Source: Sinorhizobium meliloti
GTDB lineage: Bacteria; Pseudomonadota; Alphaproteobacteria; Rhizobiales; Rhizobiaceae
Direction: 5' to 3'
NCBI RefSeq assembly: GCF_017876815.1
Contig: NZ_JAGIOS010000002.1
Span: 1,616,043 to 1,648,042 of the forward strand
Length of the DNA: 32,000 nt
Below the pieces are notes generated by a model. That model was not told the DNA's origin, did not search any database, and saw only the letters and a program-made list of their open reading frames with translations. Both the position numbers and the translations under genes were made by a program. The number at the start of each line of letters is the position of its first letter. The stretch's first letter is position 1. Positions 31,868 through 32,000 of the stretch are shown here, in pieces.

Positions 31868-32000
31868 CCTCCCGCTCTCCGCAGAGCGGTGGTCGTCGCA
31901 TCGGAAGCGTGGAGAAAGAGCAACAGGCTGTTGACGGCGCGCGCCAGAAACGGCCTGATGCGACCGCGCTTTGCAGTGGAGGAGGACAGGAATGCTCAAG

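Noticed and set aside
31872-31889. Hairpin CCGCTCT-ccgc-AGAGCGG just after the ALDH stop, considered as an intrinsic terminator.
   Set aside because: The stem is only 7 bp and no U-tract follows (tggtcgtcg). It cannot be called a terminator from sequence alone.
31992-32000. ATG preceded by GGAGGAGGA at the extreme right edge (start of a next gene?).
   Set aside because: Only three codons lie in the window. The SD makes it plausible, but no product can be supported.
1-32000. Scan for tRNA, rRNA, CRISPR arrays, and phage or defence-island gene content.
   Set aside because: I noticed no cloverleaf-like or rRNA-like segments and no regularly spaced direct repeats. No ORF showed nuclease, ATPase or methylase motifs suggestive of a defence system. 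The only mobile DNA is the single IS.

Overview
GC-rich, Rhizobiaceae-like alphaproteobacterial DNA; the organism guess rests on ROSE-type heat-shock leaders, a DUF982 gene and REP/RIME-like palindromes. About 24 genes are supportable. No rRNA, tRNA or CRISPR was seen.

(1) 1-16.4 kb is a purine uptake, salvage and catabolism supercluster. It holds a partial M20D amidohydrolase, a phosphoribosyltransferase, an AzgA-type NCS2 purine permease, allantoicase, and a fused PuuE allantoinase/OHCU decarboxylase. It also holds uraH-xdhA-xdhB-xdhC, a LysR regulator, and the membrane cytochrome-c urate oxidase puuD, translationally coupled to guanine deaminase. Two small unrelated modules interrupt it: a DUF4160 remnant with DUF2442, and an HxlR regulator with a quinone oxidoreductase.

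(2) 16.4-17.9 kb is a mosaic of REP-like palindromes. A 1299-bp IS4-family element with a 9-bp target duplication sits exactly in the apex of one hairpin.

(3) 17.9-19.7 kb holds a two-gene small heat-shock operon with a ROSE-like, SD-sequestering leader, and a divergent DUF982 gene.

(4) 19.7-27.3 kb is the alpha-2-macroglobulin/PBP1C operon. The A2M has a CAEQ thioester, no lipobox, and an N-terminal PAN/Apple plus TPR-like module.

(5) 27.5-31.9 kb is a DeoR-family regulator followed by a long, apparently eukaryote-type deoC and an ALDH16-type two-domain aldehyde dehydrogenase. A palindrome upstream of deoC has the same half-sites as the E. coli DeoR operator as I recall it.

I did not find a convincing, wholly new multi-gene system. 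The best leads are:
- an AT-rich box shared by purine-gene promoter regions;
- the IS-in-REP insertion;
- the PAN/TPR-A2M architecture;
- the DERA-ALDH16 coupling;
- the paired 16-bp palindromes flanking the DeoR-family gene.

Coordinates of refined starts come from my own reading of the sequence. The supplied ORF track uses non-ATG starts in places.
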